64,000 nt of DNA from Bacteroidota bacterium (GTDB taxonomy: Bacteria > Bacteroidota > Bacteroidia > 2-12-FULL-35-15): the NCBI GenBank assembly GCA_040389865.1, contig JAZJZM010000009.1:5616-69615 (forward strand), given 5' to 3'. This document shows, one piece after another, positions 1 to 8,724 of the stretch. Each line of letters opens with the position of its first letter. Positions within the stretch are counted from its first letter, which is position 1. A program made the translations under genes and the position numbers. The notes below the pieces were generated by a model. It saw only the letters and a program-made list of their open reading frames with translations, made no database searches and had not been told where the DNA came from.

Positions 1-654
1 GTAGAACATAATTACACTGCTCCTGATGCTTTTAAAGGTTTTGGTCATCCTTATCGTTTATCACCAAATCACTATTGGAAAGTGGATGGTATTTTACCGG
101 CAACTTTTAAAGCAAAAGCCACACTCAATTATGATGGCAGAATAGTATCTTTTTCTGGTAATAATTGGTTAGATAATAATTTAATTAATACCGTAGAAGA
201 TAGCCTTGTATTGATGTATCGCAAAAATGCATCCGATGATTGGATTGTATTTCCGTTTTACAGTAAAAACATGATCAACAACCCTAATGATAAACGTGGA
301 TTGTTTACCATTGATACCTTAAAGCTGGGAGAATATACCTTTGCCATGAAAGACCATACAATGGGGATCCAAAACAAACCGCTTGCTGATAAAATGCCTG
401 AAATTAAAGTGTTTCCAAATCCAACAAAAGATCTGTTGACCATTGACTTAGGAGCTTCTTCCATAAAAATACCGGACAATTCTATTTTAACCATTACTGA
501 TACTTTTGGAAAAATCACTTACTCAGAAAAACTTGATCCGATGCAAAATACCGTAAACCTTAAAACATCAGCCTACAGCAGTGGCATTTATTTTATCACT
601 ATAAAACTGAACGATGCAGTTATTGCAAAATCTAAATTTGTTGTAGCGCATTGA
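1..654 (+). CDS. C-terminal part of a T9SS type A sorting-domain protein (5' truncated by window edge; possibly an M1 aminopeptidase-type cargo)
   Basis: Frame is open from base 1 (VEHNYTAPDAFK...HYWKVDG). C-terminus has IKVFPNPTKDLLTI...GIYFITI...KFVV, a typical type A CTD. The M1 guess is inference only. Confidence 0.75.
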   Translation, partial: VEHNYTAPDAFKGFGHPYRLSPNHYWKVDGILPATFKAKATLNYDGRIVSFSGNNWLDNNLINTVEDSLVLMYRKNASDDWIVFPFYSKNMINNPNDKRGLFTIDTLKLGEYTFAMKDHTMGIQNKPLADKMPEIKVFPNPTKDLLTIDLGASSIKIPDNSILTITDTFGKITYSEKLDPMQNTVNLKTSAYSSGIYFITIKLNDAVIAKSKFVVAH

Positions 655-732
655 TTTAAAAACAGGAAGGCGCGAGTGTCCCACTCGTGCCGCTTATTTA
701 CAAGCATCCTGCTTGATGTATTAAGAAAAAAC

Positions 733-1263
733 ATGTCGGATAAATATAAAACAGAAGAAGGCAAGTTATATTATGTTACTATTACAGTAGTAGGTTGGAT
801 TGATGTTTTTACACGAAAAGAATATGTTTATGAGTTAATTAAAAACATCCAATATTGTCAGCAAAATAAGGGATTAGAAATATTTGCTTATGTGATAATG
901 AGTAATCACATACACATGGTGGCCAAAGCAGAAACAGGACGATTAAATATATTACTCGGGCATTTCAAAAGTTTTACTTCGAAAGAATTGATCAAACAAA
1001 TTGAGCAAAACCCGCAAGAAAGTAGAAAAGAATGGCTGATGCACATGTTTAAATTTTTCGGCCGAGGAAATAGTCAAAATGAAGAATATCAATTTTGGCA
1101 AAACGGAAATCATCCTATCGAATTGTGGAGCAGCGGAATGATACAGCAAAAAATAAATTATCTTCACAACAATCCTGTAAAGCAAGGTATTGTGGCAAAG
1201 CCGGAAGACTATTTATACAGCAGTGCAAATGAATTTAGTGAAATAAAAGTATTGGAATTATAA
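733..1263 (+). CDS. REP-associated tyrosine transposase (RAYT, Y1/HUH, IS200-like)
   Basis: TITVVGWIDVF, YVIMSNHIHMV (HUH), FWQ and NYLHNNP (catalytic Tyr) motifs. ATG at 733 preferred because the GTG at 676 lies inside the REP. Confidence 0.9.
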   Translation: MSDKYKTEEGKLYYVTITVVGWIDVFTRKEYVYELIKNIQYCQQNKGLEIFAYVIMSNHIHMVAKAETGRLNILLGHFKSFTSKELIKQIEQNPQESRKEWLMHMFKFFGRGNSQNEEYQFWQNGNHPIELWSSGMIQQKINYLHNNPVKQGIVAKPEDYLYSSANEFSEIKVLEL

Positions 1264-1277
1264 TTGAATTTATAAAT

Positions 1278-1385
1278 TGGCAAGATGCCAGCCAATAATT
1301 GGCACGAGTGAAAAACACTTACATCGTTTAAATACAGTGGCAGGATGCCAAATAATAGTAGGCACGGGTGTAAAACACCCGCGCC
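1278..1385 (+). repeat. Two 60-bp-period tandem units, each a TGGCA(A/G)GATGCCA hairpin plus a REP
   Basis: tggcaagatgcca 1278-1290 and tggcaggatgcca 1338-1350; REPs start at 1301 and 1361. Confidence 0.8.
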
Positions 1386-1409
1386 TACATAGATCTAACA
1401 TGATTCTTT

Positions 1410-3248
1410 ATGGGATATAAAAGTACACAGGAATGTATTGATGATCTGGAAAAGCACGGACACCTCATCCGCATAAAAGAAGAGGTAAGTTCCGAATTAG
1501 AAATGGCTGCCATTCATTTGCGGGTATTTGAAAACAATGGCCCTGCCCTGTTATTTGAAAATATCAAAGGTTGTAAATTTAAAGCTGCATCCAATTTATA
1601 TGGTAGTTTAGAACGTAGTAAATTTATTTTCAGAGACACGATCGAAAAAATTAAAACACTTATTGATCTAAAAAATGATCCTTTAGAAGCGCTTAAACAC
1701 CCTTTAAAATATGCCAATGTAGGGCTTACTGCATTTTCAGCTCTACCCAAAAGATCAAGATTTAATAATCATGTTTTACAAAATCAAATTACAGTTTCTC
1801 AATTACCACAAATTAAATGCTGGCCAAATGATGGTGGAGCTTTTGTTACGCTTCCGCTTGTATATACCGAGGATATTGACAAACCGGGTGTGATGAATTC
1901 CAATTTAGGAATGTACAGGATACAATTAAGTGGCAACGATTATATTCCTGATAAAGAAATTGGTTTGCATTATCAGCTGCATCGAGGTATTGGTGTACAT
2001 CAAACAAAATCAAATAAAAAAAACGAAGCAATGAAAGTAAGCATCTTTGTTGGTGGTCCGCCATCGCTTACATTGGGTGCTGTAATGCCTTTACCAGAAG
2101 GAATGAGCGAATTGACCTTTGCGGGAGCATTGGGCAACCGAAGGATCAGGTATACTTACGATGATGGTTTTTGTATTGCATCGGATGCCGATTTTGTTAT
2201 TACAGGTGAAGTATTTCCGAATGAAAATAAACCCGAAGGCCCTTTTGGTGATCATTTAGGATACTATAGCCTAAAGCATAATTTCCCTATGATGCGTGTT
2301 CACAAAGTGTTCCACCGCAACAATGCAATATGGCCATTTACAGTGGTTGGCAGGCCACCACAGGAAGATACCAGTTTTGGCGCTTTGATCCATGAAATAA
2401 CGGGAGCTGCTATTCCAAAAGAAATTCCGGGATTAAAAGATGTACATGCGGTGGATGCTTCGGGAGTGCACCCTCTCCTATTGGCTATTGGTAGCGAGCG
2501 TTACACACCATACAGTAATGAGCGTAAACCACAGGAAATACTAACCATTGCCAATCACATTCTTGGTTCGGGACAATTAAGTTTAGCAAAATATTTATTT
2601 ATTATTGCAGGAGAAGACAATCCAAAACTGACCACACATGATGTAGCAGATTATTTCACACATGTGCTTGAACGTGTTGACTGGACAAGGGATCTGCACT
2701 TTCATACACGCACCACAATTGACACACTTGATTATAGTGGAACCGATCTAAACAGCGGCAGCAAAGTGGTGATCGCTGCTGCAGGAAATAAATTAAGAGA
2801 ACTTGGAACATCATTACCGGAATTAAACTTACCGGATAATTTCCGTAACCCAAGAGTGGTAATGCCCGGTATAATTGCTATTGAAGGGAATAAATACACA
2901 GATGAAAAAATTTCAAAAACTCAAATTGAAACACTCAACCAACTTTCAACTTTGAACTTTGAACTTTTAACTAAATTCCCTTTAATTATTATTTGTGACG
3001 ATAGTGAATTTGTTTCTCAGAACTTAAATAACTTTTTATGGGTTACGTTCACACGAAGCAATCCGGCAAACGATATTCATGGTATTAATAGTTTTGTCGA
3101 AAACAAACATTGGGGCTGCAAAGGTTCATTGATAATTGATGCACGTATCAAGCCGCATCATGCACCTCCATTGATTAAAGATCCTGCAATTGAAAAACGC
3201 GTGGATGCATTAGGAGTTAAAGGAAGATCATTGCATGGGATTATTTGA
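1410..3248 (+). CDS. UbiD-family (prFMN-dependent) decarboxylase
   Basis: NLGMYRIQL, EGPFGDHLGYY and GRPPQED motifs; 612 aa. Confidence 0.9.
   Translation: MGYKSTQECIDDLEKHGHLIRIKEEVSSELEMAAIHLRVFENNGPALLFENIKGCKFKAASNLYGSLERSKFIFRDTIEKIKTLIDLKNDPLEALKHPLKYANVGLTAFSALPKRSRFNNHVLQNQITVSQLPQIKCWPNDGGAFVTLPLVYTEDIDKPGVMNSNLGMYRIQLSGNDYIPDKEIGLHYQLHRGIGVHQTKSNKKNEAMKVSIFVGGPPSLTLGAVMPLPEGMSELTFAGALGNRRIRYTYDDGFCIASDADFVITGEVFPNENKPEGPFGDHLGYYSLKHNFPMMRVHKVFHRNNAIWPFTVVGRPPQEDTSFGALIHEITGAAIPKEIPGLKDVHAVDASGVHPLLLAIGSERYTPYSNERKPQEILTIANHILGSGQLSLAKYLFIIAGEDNPKLTTHDVADYFTHVLERVDWTRDLHFHTRTTIDTLDYSGTDLNSGSKVVIAAAGNKLRELGTSLPELNLPDNFRNPRVVMPGIIAIEGNKYTDEKISKTQIETLNQLSTLNFELLTKFPLIIICDDSEFVSQNLNNFLWVTFTRSNPANDIHGINSFVENKHWGCKGSLIIDARIKPHHAPPLIKDPAIEKRVDALGVKGRSLHGII
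2941..2972 (+). repeat. In-frame heptamer tandem AACTTT(N) x4.5 inside the UbiD CDS
   Basis: aactttc aactttg aactttg aactttt aact, within the stretch translating as QLSTLNFELLT. Confidence 0.8.
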
Positions 3249-3285
3249 TGTTTTTTGTTATAATTTAGTAGCATTGCAAAAAAAT

Positions 3286-3325
3286 TCACCACTAAGGCAC
3301 TAAGAACACTGAGAAACACTAAGGA
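3286..3325 (+). repeat. CACTAAG/CACAGAG-type REP half element
   Basis: caccactaaggcactaagaacactgagaaacactaagg; resembles the elements at 46369 and 46531. Confidence 0.5.
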
Positions 3326-3360
3326 AAATGATAATTAGCTCAAAATTTCGGTGAACCTGT

Positions 3361-3560
3361 TACGTTAGGGATTCCTTCGGCAGGCTCAGGATAAATTCCG
3401 CGTAAATCCCCGCCCGAACGAATTAGTTCATTCGGGCAGGCTTTTCTTTTTAAAAAAGATTGAAGCCCTTCGGTGAAGCCTGTCCTGAGCGTAGTCGAAG
3501 GGCTCAGGATAGACTCCAAGCCCGCCAATTCTTTTTCAAGAATTGGAACGCCCAAATGAA
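3361..3560 (+). mobile_element. MITE-like scaffold (CGTTAGGGATT...GGAACGCCCAAAT) carrying three inserted hairpin repeats
   Basis: Aligns by eye with 14890-15041 and with the reverse complement of 57468-57570; extra segments at about 3374-3397, 3410-3441 and 3466-3517. Confidence 0.75.
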
Positions 3561-3684
3561 AATAATAATCTTCTTCAAAAAATGTGCTTGAAAAACAATC
3601 AAAGTGTACCTTTATTGCATTAATTGATGATAAAAAGATCATCAGGCATATTATTTGAGTATATATTGACATAAAAATAAAATT

Positions 3685-4971
3685 ATGCAAACTATTGACA
3701 GAAAAAAATCACCGGCATTTAACACGGTAGAAAAAATAGAAATCATAAAAGCGAGTGAACAACGCTTACGAAATAATATCCCTGTTTATTCTATTAATGC
3801 AGGTACTCAGGAGCTTATTAAAATTGAATTTTTATTTTCTGCAGGCATGTATCAGCAGACGATTCCTTTACAGGCAACAACAGTAAATACCATGCTGGAA
3901 GAGGGCACATCAAAATTAAATGCCGCTCAAATTGCCGACAGAGTTGATTATTATGGGGCTTTTCTTGAAACCGGTGTTTCACAGGACAGTGCATCGGTAG
4001 TTTTATATACACTCAACAAACATTTAAAATCCACTTTGCCCGTAGTAGAGCAGATCATCAAAGATTCCGTTTTTCCTCAGCATGAGCTGGATACGCATAT
4101 CAGAAATAAAAAGCAAACCTTTTTGGTGAACAACCAAAAGGTCGCCAATGTTGCCCGTAAACGCTTTACTGAACTGCTCTTTGGAGAAAAACATCCGTAT
4201 GGAATAAATGTAAAAGAAACAGATTTTGATGTCATCAATCGTTCACATTTGAATGATTTTTATTCAACTTTTTATCGTTCAAATAATTGTAAAATTATTA
4301 TGGCAGGTAAAGTGGATGATGGTGTGTTGACTTTATTAGATAACCACTTTGGAGGCAACGATTGGAATTCAATTAGTGATCTAAGCACAAAGAGCCTGCC
4401 AATCGTTACATCGGTAGACCATGAACAGTTGATCCTAAAGGAAGATGCCATGCAATCGGCCATTCGCATAGGTAAAGTATTGTTCAATAAAACACATCCT
4501 GACTTTCAATCGCTACAGGTATTAAATACTCTTTTTGGAGGTTATTTCGGCTCCCGTTTAATGTCGAATATCCGTGAAGATAAAGGCTATACCTATGGTA
4601 TTGGTTCCGGTATAGCATCATTGCAAAATTCCGGTTATTTCTTTATCTCTACTGAAGTTGGAGTGGATGTTTGTAAAGATGCAATTAAGGAAATATATTT
4701 TGAAATGAATCGTTTACGTGAAGAGTTGGTCCCTGAAGATGAGCTGCAATTAGTCAAAAATTACCTTTTAGGTATGTTTTTAAGGAGTGTAGATGGTCCT
4801 TTTGCAATGGCAGAGCGATTTAAAGGCATCATGGAATACAATTTAGGCTATGATTATTTTGATAGATACATTGCAACCATTAAGGCGATTTCTGCATCTC
4901 AACTAAGAGATCTGGCAAATACCTATTTCGATAAAAATAGTATGATAGAGTTGGTTGTAGGTAAAAAATAA
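3685..4971 (+). CDS. M16 (insulinase/pitrilysin) family protein, non-catalytic subunit type
   Basis: LFGGYFGSRLMSNIREDKGYTYG motif; no HxxEH in the N-terminal domain. Confidence 0.85.
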   Translation: MQTIDRKKSPAFNTVEKIEIIKASEQRLRNNIPVYSINAGTQELIKIEFLFSAGMYQQTIPLQATTVNTMLEEGTSKLNAAQIADRVDYYGAFLETGVSQDSASVVLYTLNKHLKSTLPVVEQIIKDSVFPQHELDTHIRNKKQTFLVNNQKVANVARKRFTELLFGEKHPYGINVKETDFDVINRSHLNDFYSTFYRSNNCKIIMAGKVDDGVLTLLDNHFGGNDWNSISDLSTKSLPIVTSVDHEQLILKEDAMQSAIRIGKVLFNKTHPDFQSLQVLNTLFGGYFGSRLMSNIREDKGYTYGIGSGIASLQNSGYFFISTEVGVDVCKDAIKEIYFEMNRLREELVPEDELQLVKNYLLGMFLRSVDGPFAMAERFKGIMEYNLGYDYFDRYIATIKAISASQLRDLANTYFDKNSMIELVVGKK

Positions 4972-4974
4972 AGG

Positions 4975-5173
4975 ACCCAACCGGCCTCCCCGAAGGGGAG
5001 GAGGATATTTCGGGAGTGGTAGAATTTAAAATCGATTCGAAAATGCAATCTAATATTAAAAATATAGTTCGTCAAAAGTCCTCCCTTCGGGAGGGTTGGG
5101 TGGGCTTTTTTTTAGTTGCATTTCTCTTTTTCTCCCCTTTTTTTATTCCCTCCCCTTCAGGGGCGCCGGGTGG
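4975..5173. repeat. CCTCCCCTTCGGGGAGG-type REPs: inverted pair (4975-5002 / 5078-5104) plus a third copy (5148-5173)
   Basis: acccaaccggcctccccgaaggggagga; tcctcccttcgggagggttgggtggg; ccctccccttcaggggcgccgggtgg. Confidence 0.75.
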
Positions 5174-8100
5174 CGCTCTTTTCGCGTCCCATTTAATGGG
5201 AGGAGAAATTACCTGGGAATGTCAGGGTAACGGAAAATATATTTTCAAACTAAAATTTTACCGCGATTGCAATGGGATCAATACTCCTACGGTTGTTTCC
5301 TTGTCGGTGTTCAATCATCCTACAGTATCATCAATCACGTTAACATTACTTTCACAAACTGATATTTCACCGGTATGTAATGGTGCCGGCCCTTCCATTT
5401 CATGTACCACTGCCGAAGGACAACCCGGCTGGCCTACAAGCAGCAGCCCTGTTGCCGGTGCAGTGCAGGAATCTGTATTTCAGTCGGCACCAATAACGCT
5501 GAATGGTGTGCCGGCTCCACAGGGTTGGATATTTGCATACTCCGATTGCTGCCGTAATGGCTCTCTTACCAATCTACAAAATGCAAGTTCGTATGGATTT
5601 ACCTTACGGGCGGTAATGTATCCGTTTAACGGACAAAATGCCAACCTATGCTTTGATTCATCACCCACCTTTTTAGAAAGCCCAAGCACAGTAATATGCC
5701 TGGGATCACCTTTTAAATATAACCATAATGCGTATGACCCGGACCTGGATTCACTTTCTTTTAAATGGGCCGAACCTTTGGATGATTTCACAGGTGTTTA
5801 TACACTTGGAACTAATCCTGCTCCTATTCCATTTACTACCGGTTATACCTTCAATAGCCCTTTACCGGGCACCATCCAAAATCCGGCCAACGTTCCGGCA
5901 TTGATCAACCCTTCAAACGGTGAGATCTCATTTACATCAAATACACAAGGATATTTTGTTACAAATGTGAAGGTAGAAGCATGGAAATGCGGCACTTTAG
6001 TAGCTGAAATATACCGGGAAATTCAAGTTGTTTTGTTGCCATGCGCTGTTAATAGTACCCCTGTGGTAACCTACACCTCTTATCAAACCACTGTACCTGC
6101 AGGCACTTTGGTTAATTTCACTTTAAATGGAAGCGATCCGGGGGTACTTGCCGATGGGATAACCCCTCAAACTGTAACAATCAACGCCTCAGGAACACAA
6201 TTTGGAACCGGCTTCACAAACGCCTCTTCAGGTTGTTTAAATCCACCTTGCGCCACATTATCGGCTTCGCTGCCTGTTTCTGCTCCTAACACCATGTCTA
6301 CCGTTTTCAATTGGCAAACCACATGTAACCACATTTCCTATAATGCCAGCTGCAATACGGTATCAAACACCTATACATTTGTGTTCAGAGTAAGAGATGA
6401 TTTTTGTCCTGCACCTGCCGAAAACATTTCAACGGTGGCTATTACAGTTCTTGCAACCCCTATAGCTGCATCACCTCAGCCAAATTGTGTATCGGTTTTA
6501 CCAAATGGTGATGTTACCCTCACCTGGTCAATTCCTGCTGATCCGGATGGTACATTTAACGGATATCTTATTTATAGCTCCAATGCTTTGGGCGGGCCAT
6601 ATACATTGCTCGACAGCGTATTGACATTTAGCCAGACTTCCTATACACATATTGGTGCAAATGCCGGTACCGCTCCTGTTTACTATTATATTCAAACCCG
6701 TTCGGGATGCTTTGGCCTGGTTCAAACAGCAGCGGTTGATACTGTAAGTTCGATGTATCTGAATGTAACAAATCCCGGGAACGGAACTGCATCTTTATTC
6801 TGGAATGGAGTTACTTCACCCAATGTGCCTACATCCAGTGGAATTTATTCAATTTACGAAGAATATCCTGCCGGAAACTGGACATTAACAGGTTCAACAA
6901 CTAATGTAAATTTTATCGATTCTATTTTTGTTTGTAATGGAACCATTAATTACCGGGTTGAAATGGCCGACAATACCGGCTGTACATCCGTATCATCCAT
7001 TGATGGAGGTACCTTTCAAAACATCATTGTCCCGGATGTACCACGTATCGATACCTTGAGTGTTGATGATTCCAACAACGCATTGATGAGCTGGAATGTA
7101 AGCCCATCAGCTGATGCAGCAGCGTATGTAATTTATATATTTAACGGAACAGCCTGGATCCCTATTGATACGGTGCCCGGGATTAATAATACCAATTATA
7201 ATTATTTATTATCGAATGCCGGTTTAGGTTCTGAACAGTATCGCCTTGCAGCCTATGATAGTTGCGGAAATATCAGCCCTTTGGGAATAGTTTACAGTAC
7301 CATGTATTTAACATCAATACCCGAAATTTGTAACCGTAGTGTGGTTTTAAACTGGAACGCCTATTCAACTTTAGGCACCGGCCTTGCTACTTATCGTATT
7401 TATCAGTCGATGACAGGCTTAACAGGCCCATATACAGAAATTGATACAGTACCGGTAGGTACACTCACATATACGGTTTCAGCGCTTGAACCACTCACAA
7501 CCTATTACTATAAGATTGAAGCAGTGGATAGTTCAGGAACAAAAACAGTTTCCTCCAACAGGATAGCTTTTTATTCTGCAACACCTCTTCCTCCTCAATT
7601 TTCTTATCTCCGTAAAGTAAGTGTGCTTGACCCCAATCAGGTGGATGTAACCTGCCATATTGATGTTGCAGCAGCAACGTTGAGTTATAAAGTAATGCGC
7701 TCGTACGATACCGTTTCAGCTAATTATGTATTGATTGGCTCTGTGCCTGCGAGTGCTGTAAGTCCTATTTTATATAGTGATACCAAGGTGCTTACTGATA
7801 ATCGCAGCTATTATTACAAAATAATAAATGTAGATAGCTGCGGATACGATGGGTTGCAAACCAATATAGGAAGAACAATATTGCTCTCGGCAGTAAGCAA
7901 TAGTTTAACACTGGAAAACACGTTAAGCTGGAACGATTATGAAGGCTGGTCGGGCAATGTTATATCCTACAATATTTACAGAGGCATTGATGGCGTGATG
8001 GATCCAACACCAATTATGAATTTACCATTTTCCGGTACAGGAGTAAATAGCTATACTGACGATGTTTCAGCATTATTAAGTGGCGAAGGTGTATTTAATT

Positions 8101-8462
8101 ATTACGTAGAAGCGGTTGAAGGCATGGGAAACATTTATAGTTTCAACGAATTCAGCTTATCTAATATTGCTGAGGCCTACCAGGACCCAATGGTTTTTAT
8201 ACCAAATGCGTTCAGGCCGGAAGGAGCACTAAATACCGTTTTTATACCTGTCACCACTTATGTTGATTTTACAGAATATGAATTCTCGGTTTTTAACCGC
8301 TGGGGATTACAGGTATTTTCTACAAAAGATGTAAACCTGGGTTGGGATGGCAATAATGGAACTAAAAAATGTGAACTGGGTGTTTATGTGTATTTAGTAC
8401 GTTTTAAATCCTCGAAAGGTGAATACATTGATTTTAAAGGTTCTGTTACACTTTTGAGATAA
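5043..8462 (+). CDS. Large secreted Ig/FN3-like repeat protein with T9SS type B (gliding motility-associated) C-terminal domain
   Basis: Signal peptide ending ALFA-SHLMGGEIT; C-terminal FIPNAF...FNRWG...WDG...GVYVYLV. The exact start is uncertain (5016 GTG or 5043 ATG). Confidence 0.85.
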   Translation: MQSNIKNIVRQKSSLREGWVGFFLVAFLFFSPFFIPSPSGAPGGALFASHLMGGEITWECQGNGKYIFKLKFYRDCNGINTPTVVSLSVFNHPTVSSITLTLLSQTDISPVCNGAGPSISCTTAEGQPGWPTSSSPVAGAVQESVFQSAPITLNGVPAPQGWIFAYSDCCRNGSLTNLQNASSYGFTLRAVMYPFNGQNANLCFDSSPTFLESPSTVICLGSPFKYNHNAYDPDLDSLSFKWAEPLDDFTGVYTLGTNPAPIPFTTGYTFNSPLPGTIQNPANVPALINPSNGEISFTSNTQGYFVTNVKVEAWKCGTLVAEIYREIQVVLLPCAVNSTPVVTYTSYQTTVPAGTLVNFTLNGSDPGVLADGITPQTVTINASGTQFGTGFTNASSGCLNPPCATLSASLPVSAPNTMSTVFNWQTTCNHISYNASCNTVSNTYTFVFRVRDDFCPAPAENISTVAITVLATPIAASPQPNCVSVLPNGDVTLTWSIPADPDGTFNGYLIYSSNALGGPYTLLDSVLTFSQTSYTHIGANAGTAPVYYYIQTRSGCFGLVQTAAVDTVSSMYLNVTNPGNGTASLFWNGVTSPNVPTSSGIYSIYEEYPAGNWTLTGSTTNVNFIDSIFVCNGTINYRVEMADNTGCTSVSSIDGGTFQNIIVPDVPRIDTLSVDDSNNALMSWNVSPSADAAAYVIYIFNGTAWIPIDTVPGINNTNYNYLLSNAGLGSEQYRLAAYDSCGNISPLGIVYSTMYLTSIPEICNRSVVLNWNAYSTLGTGLATYRIYQSMTGLTGPYTEIDTVPVGTLTYTVSALEPLTTYYYKIEAVDSSGTKTVSSNRIAFYSATPLPPQFSYLRKVSVLDPNQVDVTCHIDVAAATLSYKVMRSYDTVSANYVLIGSVPASAVSPILYSDTKVLTDNRSYYYKIINVDSCGYDGLQTNIGRTILLSAVSNSLTLENTLSWNDYEGWSGNVISYNIYRGIDGVMDPTPIMNLPFSGTGVNSYTDDVSALLSGEGVFNYYVEAVEGMGNIYSFNEFSLSNIAEAYQDPMVFIPNAFRPEGALNTVFIPVTTYVDFTEYEFSVFNRWGLQVFSTKDVNLGWDGNNGTKKCELGVYVYLVRFKSSKGEYIDFKGSVTLLR

Positions 8463-8724
8463 TATTCCGCACGCCCCCTCTCCCTTTTGGAAACACAAAT
8501 AAGGCTAAACAGCTCAATACCACACAATTAAAATATCCAAAGAAGTCTAAAAGCACCGCCTAAATCTATTCAAACGGAGTTGCTTCTAATTTTTTTTCAT
8601 GAAAATGATGTAAGGTTTTTGTTCTTTTCGTCAACTATCCATTTCTCTTTTTATTATCCGCATTTTACCAATAATGTAGCGTACCTTGCTCTCATTAAAT
8701 TTAAATCTTAACCCTTGATCATTT

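Larger units (their letters stand above)
669..1385. mobile_element. REPtron: RAYT gene flanked by inward-facing REP hairpins
   Basis: GGCGCGAGTGTCCCACTCGTGCC at 669-691 is the reverse-complement relative of GGCACGGGTGTAAAACACCCGCGCC (1361-1385) and GGCACGAGTGAAAAACACTT (1301-1320). Confidence 0.8.

Noticed and set aside
1278-1385. 60-bp-period repeat next to a nuclease-like gene as a mini CRISPR array
   Set aside because: Only two degenerate units, no unique spacers of regular length, no cas genes; better explained as REPs flanking a RAYT.
3340-3690. 116-aa minus-strand ORF
   Set aside because: Runs through the MITE/REP block; the peptide (PSTTLRTG, PEPAEG) is typical translated REP sequence.
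8609-8632. ECF sigma promoter TGTAAG...CGTC upstream of the first FG-GAP gene
   Set aside because: Spacer is 14 nt, shorter than the usual 16 or so, and there is no second example to support it.
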